A stretch of DNA of 46,284 bases from a virus (Duplodnaviria; Caudoviricetes), in IMG/VR virus record IMGVR_UViG_3300048851_000207, positions 1 through 46,284 of that record; one strand, 5' to 3'. Both the position numbers and the translations under genes were made by a program. Shown here piece by piece: positions 15,996 to 24,494 of this stretch. The number at the start of each line of letters is the position of its first letter. Position 1 is the stretch's first letter. The notes under the pieces are model-generated. The model ran no database searches and was not told the DNA's origin. It saw only the letters and a list, made by a program, of their open reading frames with translations.

Positions 15996-18139
15996 AAGAC
16001 ACGGCCAATTTCTTCGCCCGGTTCGCGCAGCTGGGCTATACCCGTCTCGTCCCCATCATCCCGCCCAAGGCGCCGATCTCGGAAGGCTCGTCGCTGTTCA
16101 AGCGTATCGGCACGCCCCAGGACGGCCGCGGCAAGACGCCAGGCATCAAGGGCCAGAACGGGCTTTGGTTCTCGTTCGATTGGGTGCCCTATGAGGCCGA
16201 CGAGCGGGACTATCATCGCTGGCACTCCATGGGCGCCGGCGTCGGCATCAAGACCGGCAACGGCCTGATTGCCATCGATGCGGACACGAAGAACGAAGCG
16301 TTCGCGAAGATCATCAAGCAGACGCTGGATGAGCTGATTGGCCCAACCCCGATCAGGATCGGCAATTATCCGAAGGCTCTCTATCTGGTGCGCGTGGTCG
16401 GGCCTGTTCAGTATCAGCGCATCGACTTCGGCGAGAACATCGCAGCCGATGGCAAGCCGCCGAACTACGAGCGCGTCGAGATCTTGAGCGACGGGCGTCA
16501 GTTCGTCGCCCAGGGCATCCACCCAAAGACCGGCGAGCCCTATAACTGGATCAAGCCGATCGTACCGCTCGACGAGCTGCCGCAGATCACGCCGCAGCAA
16601 GTCACGCAACTCCTGAACACGCTGCGCGAGCGTCTTCCTGCCGCCAGCACGATCCACAAGGAAGGCGGCGACGCGATCATCTCTCAAGCCAGTCTCAGGG
16701 GCAATCCTGACATGGTGCGCAAGGCCGTCGCCTTGATCCCCAACACGTCGGCCTTGTTCCCGTCGCGCGAAAGCTACCGCGACATGGGCTATGCGATCCG
16801 GGCCGCCGTCGAGAACGAGCACGACGCGTTCGATATCTTCGCGGACTGGTGCGACCGATGGGTGGAGGGCGAGAACGACCCTGGCGTCGTGGCGGCCGAC
16901 TGGTCACGCATGAAACCGCCGTATCGCCGCGGCGCGCAGTGGCTATACGAGCTCGCCGAGACGCACGGTGCCGGCGGGAATTTCTCGATCGGCGAAGTCT
17001 GGTTTGAGGATCTGGAAAATCCTGACAACCCGTTTGCCCAAATTTCCCTAAATGAGAAAAAATCTGCGACCGCGTCCGACACGTTCGATGTGCTGTCGCT
17101 GGAAGACCTCGAGAGCAGGCCGCCCGCCGAATGGCTGCTGGCGCGCCACGTTCCACAAAAGAGTGTCGGGTTCGTCTACAGCACGCCGGGCGCCGGCAAG
17201 ACATTCCTGGTGCTGGATATGGCGCTGCACATCGCTGACGGGCGCCAGCAATGGCACGGTGACGAGATCAAGGCCATCGAGAACGCGGGCGTGCTCTATA
17301 TCGCGTCGGAAGGCTCCTATGGCTTCAGAAACCGTGTCGCGGCTTGGAAGCGCAAGCACGGCAATTCGCCGGCCTTGTCCCAGCGCTTTCGCATGATCGA
17401 ACAAACTATCAACTTCATGAGCCCGGATGATATCGGCAAGCTGTTGCGCACCGTCAAGGCAATCCAAGCGGACGGGACGCGGCTGGCGCTGGTCGTGGTC
17501 GATACCGTGTCGCGTGCCATGCCCGGCGCTGACGAGAACCTGCAAAAGGACATGACGCGGTTTGTGGCGGCCTGTGACGCGGTGCGCGATGCGATTGGCG
17601 GTGCCGTCATCGGTGTCCACCATGCGGGCAAGGCTGGCGATATGCGCGGCTCGACGGTCCTGCTGGGGGCAGGGGATTTCGTCTTCAGGCTCGAGCGTAA
17701 GAAGGGCGCATCCATCGGTCATCTTGCTTGCGAAAAGCAAAAGGACGGGCCTGACGGCTGGGATGAGCCGTACCGGTTCGATCTGATATCACTGAAGGAT
17801 GGCGAGACATCGCTATGCGTGGCGCGTGCAGACCTACACGTCGGCCCTGTTACAGAGTTGACGCCCGATGTGGCTGGGCGGGTTCTGGACGCCATGAGGT
17901 CGGCATGGGATGCGGGCGAGCCGTGGTCGAAAGCGCCACAGTCGAAAGAGCGATACGCGGTTCGGCGGATGGTGGCGGATCACGGATTTGATGCCGAAAG
18001 CGCGGATGAATTGCTGAAGGTTTGGGAAGGTTCGGGCATGATCGTAACGGAGCTGCAGTCTCGAAAGACGCGAATTAGCGGCTATAAGGTGGCGGGAGCC
18101 ATCGAACAATCTGTCCAAAGTGACGGCATTTTCGCCTGA
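15992..18139 (+). CDS. Primase-polymerase / PriCT-2 / RecA-type (AAA_25) helicase fusion
   Basis: N-terminal prim-pol (GVGIKTG, IAIDAD, GRQFVAQGIHP), PriCT-2-like middle, Walker A STPGAGKT, Walker B VVVDT, and HHAGK...RGST. Confidence 0.9.
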   Translation: MKDTANFFARFAQLGYTRLVPIIPPKAPISEGSSLFKRIGTPQDGRGKTPGIKGQNGLWFSFDWVPYEADERDYHRWHSMGAGVGIKTGNGLIAIDADTKNEAFAKIIKQTLDELIGPTPIRIGNYPKALYLVRVVGPVQYQRIDFGENIAADGKPPNYERVEILSDGRQFVAQGIHPKTGEPYNWIKPIVPLDELPQITPQQVTQLLNTLRERLPAASTIHKEGGDAIISQASLRGNPDMVRKAVALIPNTSALFPSRESYRDMGYAIRAAVENEHDAFDIFADWCDRWVEGENDPGVVAADWSRMKPPYRRGAQWLYELAETHGAGGNFSIGEVWFEDLENPDNPFAQISLNEKKSATASDTFDVLSLEDLESRPPAEWLLARHVPQKSVGFVYSTPGAGKTFLVLDMALHIADGRQQWHGDEIKAIENAGVLYIASEGSYGFRNRVAAWKRKHGNSPALSQRFRMIEQTINFMSPDDIGKLLRTVKAIQADGTRLALVVVDTVSRAMPGADENLQKDMTRFVAACDAVRDAIGGAVIGVHHAGKAGDMRGSTVLLGAGDFVFRLERKKGASIGHLACEKQKDGPDGWDEPYRFDLISLKDGETSLCVARADLHVGPVTELTPDVAGRVLDAMRSAWDAGEPWSKAPQSKERYAVRRMVADHGFDAESADELLKVWEGSGMIVTELQSRKTRISGYKVAGAIEQSVQSDGIFA

Positions 18140-18147
18140 AAAGGCGT

Positions 18148-18371
18148 GGCGTAGGTTGCGGCGTAGGTTGGCGTAGGTTGGCGTAAGTGGCGTAGGTTGT
18201 GGCGTAAGTCATTGAAATCATTGAAGGCGTAGGTTCGGGGCGTAGGTTGGCGTAAGAGCGTAGGTTGCCTTGTAAGTTATTGATTTCATTGGCGTAGGTT
18301 GTTGGCGTAAGTGGCGTAGGTTTCCTATACTACGTATAGCGCGGCGGCTCCTTGTGGTCGCCCCGCCGCGC
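18148..18371. repeat. Iteron-like tandem repeat array, probable phage replication origin
   Basis: Nine GCGTAGGTT and four GGCGTAAG units in 18148-18322, two IHF-like boxes, then two hairpins; begins 9 bp after the primase/helicase stop. Confidence 0.8.
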
Positions 18372-18393
18372 CTTGTATCAAGTTGGGGACAAG

Positions 18394-18417
18394 AAAAAGG
18401 CGCTCACTTGGAGCGCC
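18394..18417 (-). terminator. Intrinsic terminator for the leftward operon
   Basis: GGCGCTC-ACTTG-GAGCGCC stem with AAAAA on its left (U-tract on the minus strand). Confidence 0.6.
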
Positions 18418-18523
18418 GTTTGAAAAGACAATATGTGCGCGACAGCAGCAGGCCGACGATGCTGGGGAGAATGGAGAAGGCCAGCGCGACGATGATGACG
18501 GTTCCGACGAGTAGGATGATCAT
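18404..18523 (-). CDS. Small hydrophobic peptide (39 aa), not in ORF track
   Basis: MIILLVGTVIIVALAFSILPSIVGLLLSRTYCLFKRRSK; ATGA-coupled to 18520..18897. Confidence 0.5.
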   Translation of the reverse strand: MIILLVGTVIIVALAFSILPSIVGLLLSRTYCLFKRRSK

Positions 18524-18897
18524 GCGTGTTCCAAGAATGCCGTGCTGTCAATGATGGCGGTAAAGCAATCCTCCAGTTCATCCTTGAACGCGTCCCAGTC
18601 AGCTATGAGTGTGGTTGCTTTGCGGCGGTGATGTTCGTTGACGGATTGGGTGAAGTTGCGAGCGAACCGGATATCCGTTCCAAGCGTGGCGTTCCAATGG
18701 GCCATAAAATTTTCTGTGACCGTGTCCAGGTCGATCATGACGTTTGCGAGCGGATGGCGAAGGTAAACGGTGATCGAACGCCATTCAGGGTATTCGGTAT
18801 GCTCGGTTTCAAGGCCAAGCTTGGCGGCAAGCGCTTGAAGATCTTTCAGAGCGGCTAAACGGTTTGCCTTGCGGGCCATGTCAATACGTGCGGTCAT
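18520..18897 (-). CDS. Hypothetical early protein
   Basis: AAGGAG RBS; 125-aa ORF in the leftward operon. Confidence 0.75.
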   Translation of the reverse strand: MTARIDMARKANRLAALKDLQALAAKLGLETEHTEYPEWRSITVYLRHPLANVMIDLDTVTENFMAHWNATLGTDIRFARNFTQSVNEHHRRKATTLIADWDAFKDELEDCFTAIIDSTAFLEHA

Positions 18898-18959
18898 AGT
18901 CGTGTCTCCTTCGTTGTAGGTTTGATCGGGAGTGTAGGGCGTAAAATCAGACTTAGGCG

Positions 18960-19184
18960 TTAGCCTTCTTTAGCCCAAGTGTTTTCGGCTTCGTTGACCT
19001 CTGCCAGTGTCCAGTGCTGTAGCACGTCGTCCAACAGGGCCTTCTTGGCTTCTTCGTGCTGACGGACGGCGCGCGCATGTTCAACTTCCAGCGCTTTTAT
19101 GGCCTTAGCCATTTCGACCATTTCTTCGCCCCTACGAATGAACGGGCGGCCTACTTCGGGAAGGTAATCTATCCAGTGTGACAT
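18960..19184 (-). CDS. Hypothetical early protein (coiled coil)
   Basis: GGAG RBS; first gene after the leftward promoter. Confidence 0.75.
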   Translation of the reverse strand: MSHWIDYLPEVGRPFIRRGEEMVEMAKAIKALEVEHARAVRQHEEAKKALLDDVLQHWTLAEVNEAENTWAKEG

Positions 19185-19216
19185 TTTGTTTGCTCCGTTT
19201 GTCTGTTGATTGGTAT

Positions 19217-19245
19217 GTTGTATGACACAGTGTATGACATGTCAA
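19217..19245 (-). promoter_or_regulatory. Sigma70-like leftward promoter overlapped by two operator-like boxes
   Basis: TTGACA (19245-19240), 17-bp spacer, TACAAC; direct repeats TGTATGACA at 19219 and 19231. Confidence 0.6.
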
Positions 19246-19355
19246 CAGTGATGGCAGACAAAGCATACAAACGATGATAATTTTCCTCTCAATTCTGTTA
19301 CGGGTCCGAAACGACTAACTGTTTGCGGGCATTTCGCGAAAGGTAATAACGTAAC

Positions 19356-19811
19356 ATGCCACTCAAGAACGGTAATCTCACTCATACGGAACGGCGCATC
19401 GCTGAGACTATGGCAGTGACGGGCGATGCGCAGCTCACAGCCACGAAGCTGGGCTTATCTGGGCCTGGCGTTTACAAGGCGCTGCAGCGGCCCGCCGTTG
19501 ATGCACACCGCCACAAAGCGGCACAAGCAGCGCTCGATAACGAGTTGCTGCCGCTGGCGATCAACGCGCATAGGCGCATCTTGTCGGATCCGCGCACGCC
19601 GGCAGGGGCCGTTGTTCAGGCCGTAAAGCTCGCCTATGACCGCACGCTGGGCTCTGAGGACGCCGGCAAGACCAAGGAACCACACGAAATGACGCCGGAA
19701 GAGCTGGCGCAGGCGATCGGCCTGCTCGAGCGTGTTGCGGCTGATCGTGCCAAGGTCATCACGCCCTCGACGATCGTCGATGAAGCGCCGGAACCGAGCA
19801 TTTTCGACTGA
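19356..19811 (+). CDS. terS: Terminase small subunit (putative)
   Basis: N-terminal HTH LTHTERRIAETMAVTGDAQLTATKLGLSGPGVYKALQRPAV followed by helical oligomerisation segment; first late-strand gene. Confidence 0.7.
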   Translation: MPLKNGNLTHTERRIAETMAVTGDAQLTATKLGLSGPGVYKALQRPAVDAHRHKAAQAALDNELLPLAINAHRRILSDPRTPAGAVVQAVKLAYDRTLGSEDAGKTKEPHEMTPEELAQAIGLLERVAADRAKVITPSTIVDEAPEPSIFD

Positions 19812-20220
19812 TTGCGCTCCATCCGCGCCCGATGCTATGGTCTAACCCATTGATCTATATGTCGTGACTACTGTGTACGTAACGTAGTAGGGTGCGGATC
19901 GGCGGGGCGGGCGGGTGCCAGGGTAGGGGGCTGGGCCGTGGGCCGCCCCGTGGGGGTAGTCCGAATGCCGATCCGGAAGCGGTGCCAGCGACCCGTAGCA
20001 AAATTCGCCCCGAATTTACTTCCGAACAGCCTGTTCTCGACCTTTCTTAGAAATTTCTCCTTCAAAAACGAAACGGAACGAAATGTCCGTATCTACAGAA
20101 CCGGCAGAAACGCTACTGAAAGGGAATATCGTTCTTTTTGTCGGTCAGGGATTGCCATCATCGGCCTACACGGCGCATAGTCCCGACAGACATCAACCGA
20201 CAAAACCCCGGAAAACTTCA

Positions 20221-20565
20221 ATGCCCGACCAGAAACTTACCGGCCTCCCGTCGCAGGCTATCAGCCGCAAGACCCGGCCAAGGTCGCCCTTGTAAACGAA
20301 TTCAAGGCCGACGAAGAGCGTTTGCTGCGTAAGATCGAAACTCTTGGCGTTAAGTTAGTCCCGCCCGGCGTCCTTGGTGGCATCGACGGGCGTTGGGCTT
20401 CAATCGCCCGGATCCATTTCCAGGAAGGGTTCATGGCCTTGAACAGGGCCGTTTCCAACCGCAGCGCATTTCGCTCCCAGAAGATCATGCTGATGGCATC
20501 GAGGATATGCCCGCCGACAGCCGCACGTTGTTGAACAGGCCGTCGCCACGCTGAAAAGCGAATAG
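20221..20565 (+). pseudogene. acb2: Acb2-like anti-CBASS nucleotide-sponge gene with single-base frameshifts
   Basis: Reassembled frames give MPDQKLTGLPVAGYQPQDPAKVALVNEFKADEERLLRK...DGRWASIARIHFQEGFMALNRAVFQPQR, matching Acb2 GY...N..K...RW.AI....Q.G.MA..RA..QP; -1 indels at about 20247, 20452 and possibly 20521. Confidence 0.72.
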
Positions 20566-20593
20566 CTCCCCAGCGCCGTCCTCCCCGGCACTG

Positions 20594-20630
20594 AAAACCG
20601 CTCATCGCCCGACTAGCGATGGGCGGTTTT
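20594..20630. terminator. Strong, probably bidirectional intrinsic terminator
   Basis: AAAACCGCTCATCGC-loop-GCGATGGGCGGTTTT, a 15-bp stem with one G-U pair. Confidence 0.75.
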
Positions 20631-20712
20631 GCTTTGCGCGGGGCCGCTTGCGTTTTGCGTGTCGGCCATGTAGGTTTCGGCAGCAGACAAACCAGACAGA
20701 GCGCCGCCCTTC

Positions 20713-21324
20713 ATGGTCACGAGAATTGAAACGGGGATGATCGAGGACGGGCTGGCGACCGTGGCGCAGGTCGCAGCGATCCGCGCCCTGTTCATCGGAA
20801 CGGTTCATGAATTTCCCTTTGTTCCTGACGATCCCTGGTGGCTTCCCTGCTTCGGCCAGACTTTGGAACAGGCCGATTATCCTGAATTGGCCGCCAGGTT
20901 TGGCATCATGTCCGGTACGTTCACGCTGCCCGATGACAGAGGCCGCGTTGTCGCAGGCGTCGACGATATGGGCGGCACTTCGGCCAATCGGCTGACCGGA
21001 CAAGCCGGCGGCGTCAATGGCGACGTGCTGGGGGCCACAGGCGGCTCTGAAGGCCAAGCGCTTTCCATCGCCCAGATGCCATCTCACAGTCATGGCGGTG
21101 CGACAGGTAACGGCGGCACCCACAATCATGATCTGCCGCGCGCAACCGGAACGTCCGGTCCTGATCTCGCCTTCCAGCGCGTGTCGACGACAACGCCAAC
21201 AGACGTCGTACCGACGACAACCGTCGTGGCGCACACGCATTCCATCGCATCGCAAGGCAGCGGCCAGGCGCACAACAACGTGCAGCCTACGATCGTTCGC
21301 TACAAGTGCATTCTTGCGTACTGA
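20713..21324 (+). CDS. Tail-collar domain short tail fibre protein
   Basis: IGTVHEFP...WLPCFGQTL...YPELAARFG...FTLPDDRGRV collar motif; HSH/HNH/HTH repeats; AHNNVQPT C-terminus. Confidence 0.88.
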   Translation: MVTRIETGMIEDGLATVAQVAAIRALFIGTVHEFPFVPDDPWWLPCFGQTLEQADYPELAARFGIMSGTFTLPDDRGRVVAGVDDMGGTSANRLTGQAGGVNGDVLGATGGSEGQALSIAQMPSHSHGGATGNGGTHNHDLPRATGTSGPDLAFQRVSTTTPTDVVPTTTVVAHTHSIASQGSGQAHNNVQPTIVRYKCILAY

Positions 21325-21335
21325 AAGGCCGACGC

Positions 21336-24110
21336 ATGGGAAATCCTACCAAATATACGCCGGGCTATTCGTATAGCGGTTTTCAGGGCGCAAATCCGAC
21401 CAAGCCGCTGCCGGCTCCGCGAGTAGATGATGATTTTGCCAATATCAGCCGCTCTATTAACGAAGCGATTGTTGCGCTTGCCGATATCCGGCGGTCCGAC
21501 GGGCGTCTGCAGAATGGTAGTGTCGGGCCGGATACGCTTTCCCCGATCTTGAAGATCGGGTTCACCTTTCGTGGGCTCTGGATCCAGGGTGAAAAGTATG
21601 TTGCTGGTGATGGTGTCGTTCACGAGGGCGTTTTTTATTCTGCGTCACGTGCGAATACTGCGACAGAGCAAAATGCTCCTGGTGATGCGTCCTATTGGGC
21701 GGAGCTGTTCAGTGTTGACGATCTGGTCGTGTCTGGCGCGCTGTCGATGCCTGTTAACCGGTTTACCGGTGATGGTTCAGCGACCGAATTCGATCTCGAT
21801 TTTACTCCTGTCACCGCGAAGAACCTGCTGATCACGATCGGGGGTGCGCCCCAAGAAACGACCCAGTACGGAACTGTCGGCAACAAGCTGACGTTCAATG
21901 AACCGCCTCCGGAAGGTTACTCGATCGAGGTTCGCGGGTTCGCGACGTTGGCGGTCTCCGACACGATCGTCTCTGATACCGTTATCGAAGGCGAGCAGAA
22001 CCTGTTTTTAACTCCGGCTGAACGCGAGAACCTGCGCCGGCTGTGGGTCGGTGCGTCTGGTGTGTCGCCGGCAGAATTCGGCGGGGTAGGTGACGGACTA
22101 GCCGATGACAGTCTAGCCGTCGTTGCGGCTTGCTTGGCCGCCAAGAACCGTAACACATACGTCAATTTCGGGGAACTGAAGTATTGGAAGGTTCGTAAGC
22201 AAGTTTGGCCGGCTATAAATGGCGAGGCCGTTACCGGAGTTTTCCCGGTCAATGAGAAGTCGCTATATGGCTTCGGGAAGCAATCGAAAATCCTTTTCGA
22301 AGGTGAGACGCGCGCCGACTACGCCACGATGTTTCCGTGTTTCAACGGCGCTGGTGTTTATTTGCGTGGGGTCGGTTACGACTACGTGAATTTGCCGTTT
22401 GCTCAAGGCGTATGCATTGCAAAAAGTGCAACTACCGCCGACTTCCGTATGGATCTCAGTATTCAGGGCCAGGAACCGACCTTTACCGAGATCCAGCGTC
22501 TGGCGATCTATACGAAACGTCGTCGGCTTCGTGTGAAAGTCGTTCTCGAGGAAGATGGGGGCTACCGCGCGTTCACGAAAATTGCTCCCGGTATATGGCG
22601 TGTCAATTTTGGCGCGGAAACCGCGGCCCTAGCGATGCTTACGGCCGAAGCGGCAAATCAGCAGGGCGACACTTGCGTGATGTATCATACCGTTAATGGC
22701 TTCAGTTTTATCGACTGCACAAACGGGTGGATCAATATCGACGACGCCGAGCTGAATACGACGGCTGGAATGATGCTTTGCGGTTCGAAGCTGGCTTCGG
22801 CGTATGTAGGAACGGAGACATATCTTCGGCCCCGCGTCGGTTCCAAGCGCATCATCAGCAGTTTGAAAGACGGCATCAATTTCCAAGGGATCGAGCAAGA
22901 AGCGCCGTTCATCTGCCCGGGTGTTGTCGAGGGCACGAGTGACGATGCGGCTAACGTCGGGATGCCGACGAATTTCGTATACAAGGCCGTCCCAGGCGCA
23001 CCGTACAATACTGACGCCTACGACACGTTCCTGAGCGGGGGAACGCGGGAGCTGGGCGTGGTCGCCTTGAACGATGAGGTCTACGCAATCGCGCCTTCTG
23101 GCGCGCACGTAAGTCTCGGGTATATCAAGGCCATCAGTTTCGCGGCCCCGGCCTCTCAAAATACGCCGGCCATTACGCTGGACACACCGCTACCGAACTG
23201 GCTTGTTGGGTCTCTCGATAATGCAGATCCTACCAAAGTAACGAAGTACGGGATTGGGAGATTTCTTCCGAAGCGCGGTATTGTGGCTCCTGGATTGGTT
23301 CAGGCATGCGTCCGTGGAGTTTTCGTGCGCGGCGAGGGTATGCTTATTCGTGGCGACTATAACCAGGTTTACGGCCCCGCCGTGCAAAGCCTTGTTTCGT
23401 GGGGTACTGATGGCGAAGGTGTTGCGCCGCACCAGCTTGACATCGATGTTCGCATCAATAACTGCGGGCGCGCCGTTAATAGCGTGAAAGGCGCGCTGAT
23501 CGTGTTTGCGGCTAAGTCGGATGCAACCGACTACGCACCAGGCGGAACGATCCAAGGCGGTCGTATCCGAGCTCGGATCGAGAACTGCCCCGGCAAAGCG
23601 TATTTCATATCGTCGGTTGAAGGTATGTCTATCGACATCACGGAGCGAAATAACAACTACGCCCCGTGGCTCGCGGATGAACAGCCATACTCTGTTGGAC
23701 TGCTGAAGTATGCGATCGACTGCGATATATCGCACAAACATCAAGGCGCAACGCTCGTCAACATTCACGTCGACGCAGGCGTGCGCAATAAGATGGCCGC
23801 CGATAATATTGGGGTGACTTATTCGGGAACGGGTTTCGAGGTTCTCGCGAATTTTGTTTCTGAGTGGAATGGCGGTCGGCATCTGCAGATTGGCAATCAC
23901 CATTTTTGGGGCGACGGGTATACGTCGGTACGGCATAAGTTCGGGGCGCCTGCCAGCGAATACGATGGACAGGCATTGACCGAGTGGGTTCTTCCGCCCG
24001 GCGCTCCGAACTCTCCGGGTCGTGTCGGGCACGTTTCCATGGACGCGAATTATTTCTACTGGGCAACTGGGATCAACACTTGGGCCCGTGTTGCAAAGTC
24101 GGCCTGGTGA
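21336..24110 (+). CDS. Tailspike / tail fibre with predicted beta-helix depolymerase domain
   Basis: Virion-anchoring N-terminus, FGGVGDGLADDSLAV pectate-lyase-3-type entry motif, beta-rich body, and C-terminal PGRVGHVSMDANYFYWATGINTWARV; start ATG 21336. Confidence 0.85.
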   Translation: MGNPTKYTPGYSYSGFQGANPTKPLPAPRVDDDFANISRSINEAIVALADIRRSDGRLQNGSVGPDTLSPILKIGFTFRGLWIQGEKYVAGDGVVHEGVFYSASRANTATEQNAPGDASYWAELFSVDDLVVSGALSMPVNRFTGDGSATEFDLDFTPVTAKNLLITIGGAPQETTQYGTVGNKLTFNEPPPEGYSIEVRGFATLAVSDTIVSDTVIEGEQNLFLTPAERENLRRLWVGASGVSPAEFGGVGDGLADDSLAVVAACLAAKNRNTYVNFGELKYWKVRKQVWPAINGEAVTGVFPVNEKSLYGFGKQSKILFEGETRADYATMFPCFNGAGVYLRGVGYDYVNLPFAQGVCIAKSATTADFRMDLSIQGQEPTFTEIQRLAIYTKRRRLRVKVVLEEDGGYRAFTKIAPGIWRVNFGAETAALAMLTAEAANQQGDTCVMYHTVNGFSFIDCTNGWINIDDAELNTTAGMMLCGSKLASAYVGTETYLRPRVGSKRIISSLKDGINFQGIEQEAPFICPGVVEGTSDDAANVGMPTNFVYKAVPGAPYNTDAYDTFLSGGTRELGVVALNDEVYAIAPSGAHVSLGYIKAISFAAPASQNTPAITLDTPLPNWLVGSLDNADPTKVTKYGIGRFLPKRGIVAPGLVQACVRGVFVRGEGMLIRGDYNQVYGPAVQSLVSWGTDGEGVAPHQLDIDVRINNCGRAVNSVKGALIVFAAKSDATDYAPGGTIQGGRIRARIENCPGKAYFISSVEGMSIDITERNNNYAPWLADEQPYSVGLLKYAIDCDISHKHQGATLVNIHVDAGVRNKMAADNIGVTYSGTGFEVLANFVSEWNGGRHLQIGNHHFWGDGYTSVRHKFGAPASEYDGQALTEWVLPPGAPNSPGRVGHVSMDANYFYWATGINTWARVAKSAW

Positions 24111-24234
24111 CATCATTGCTTGCGGAGATGATGCTGTCGTTCTAGGTTCGGCTGAACAAGTCTAGCAGAGGGCGCGGGCATTTGTCAGCGGATCGGGTGA
24201 CGCCATCTTACGGTACAACTGGAAGCACACGCTA

Positions 24235-24492
24235 ATGGATGGCCAAGGCGCCTTTCGAGCCGCCGATAAGTCGGGATGGGATGGCGACGTGATGGTTGGG
24301 CAGATCCGTCTTGAACGCAGTGGTTCGTGGCTATGGATAGGCAGGGGGCCAGACGTGCCAGCCCATCCGCCAGGGGCAAATGTAGGCTGGGAAGCGACTG
24401 AGTATGAGGCAGCACGTAGCGCCGAGGCTTACTATGACCGCCTCATGCAATACAATGGCCGCAGCGACCCGACTTTCCATAAGATCCGCTGA
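24235..24492 (+). CDS. Hypothetical protein
   Basis: 85-aa ORF converging on the glycosyltransferase; start uncertain. Confidence 0.5.
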   Translation: MDGQGAFRAADKSGWDGDVMVGQIRLERSGSWLWIGRGPDVPAHPPGANVGWEATEYEAARSAEAYYDRLMQYNGRSDPTFHKIR

Positions 24493-24494
24493 CG

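Noticed and set aside
18148-18322. Repeat array as a CRISPR or mini-CRISPR
   Set aside because: Units are only 8-10 bp, nearly abutting, with no unique spacers of regular length and no cas operon.
20240-20460. Programmed ribosomal frameshifting to express acb2
   Set aside because: Two or three successive shifts would be needed and no canonical X XXY YYZ slippery heptamer is present; mutation or sequencing error is simpler.
20713-24110. Diversity-generating retroelement or invertible tail-fibre cassette
   Set aside because: No reverse transcriptase, no invertase and no template/variable repeat pair seen.
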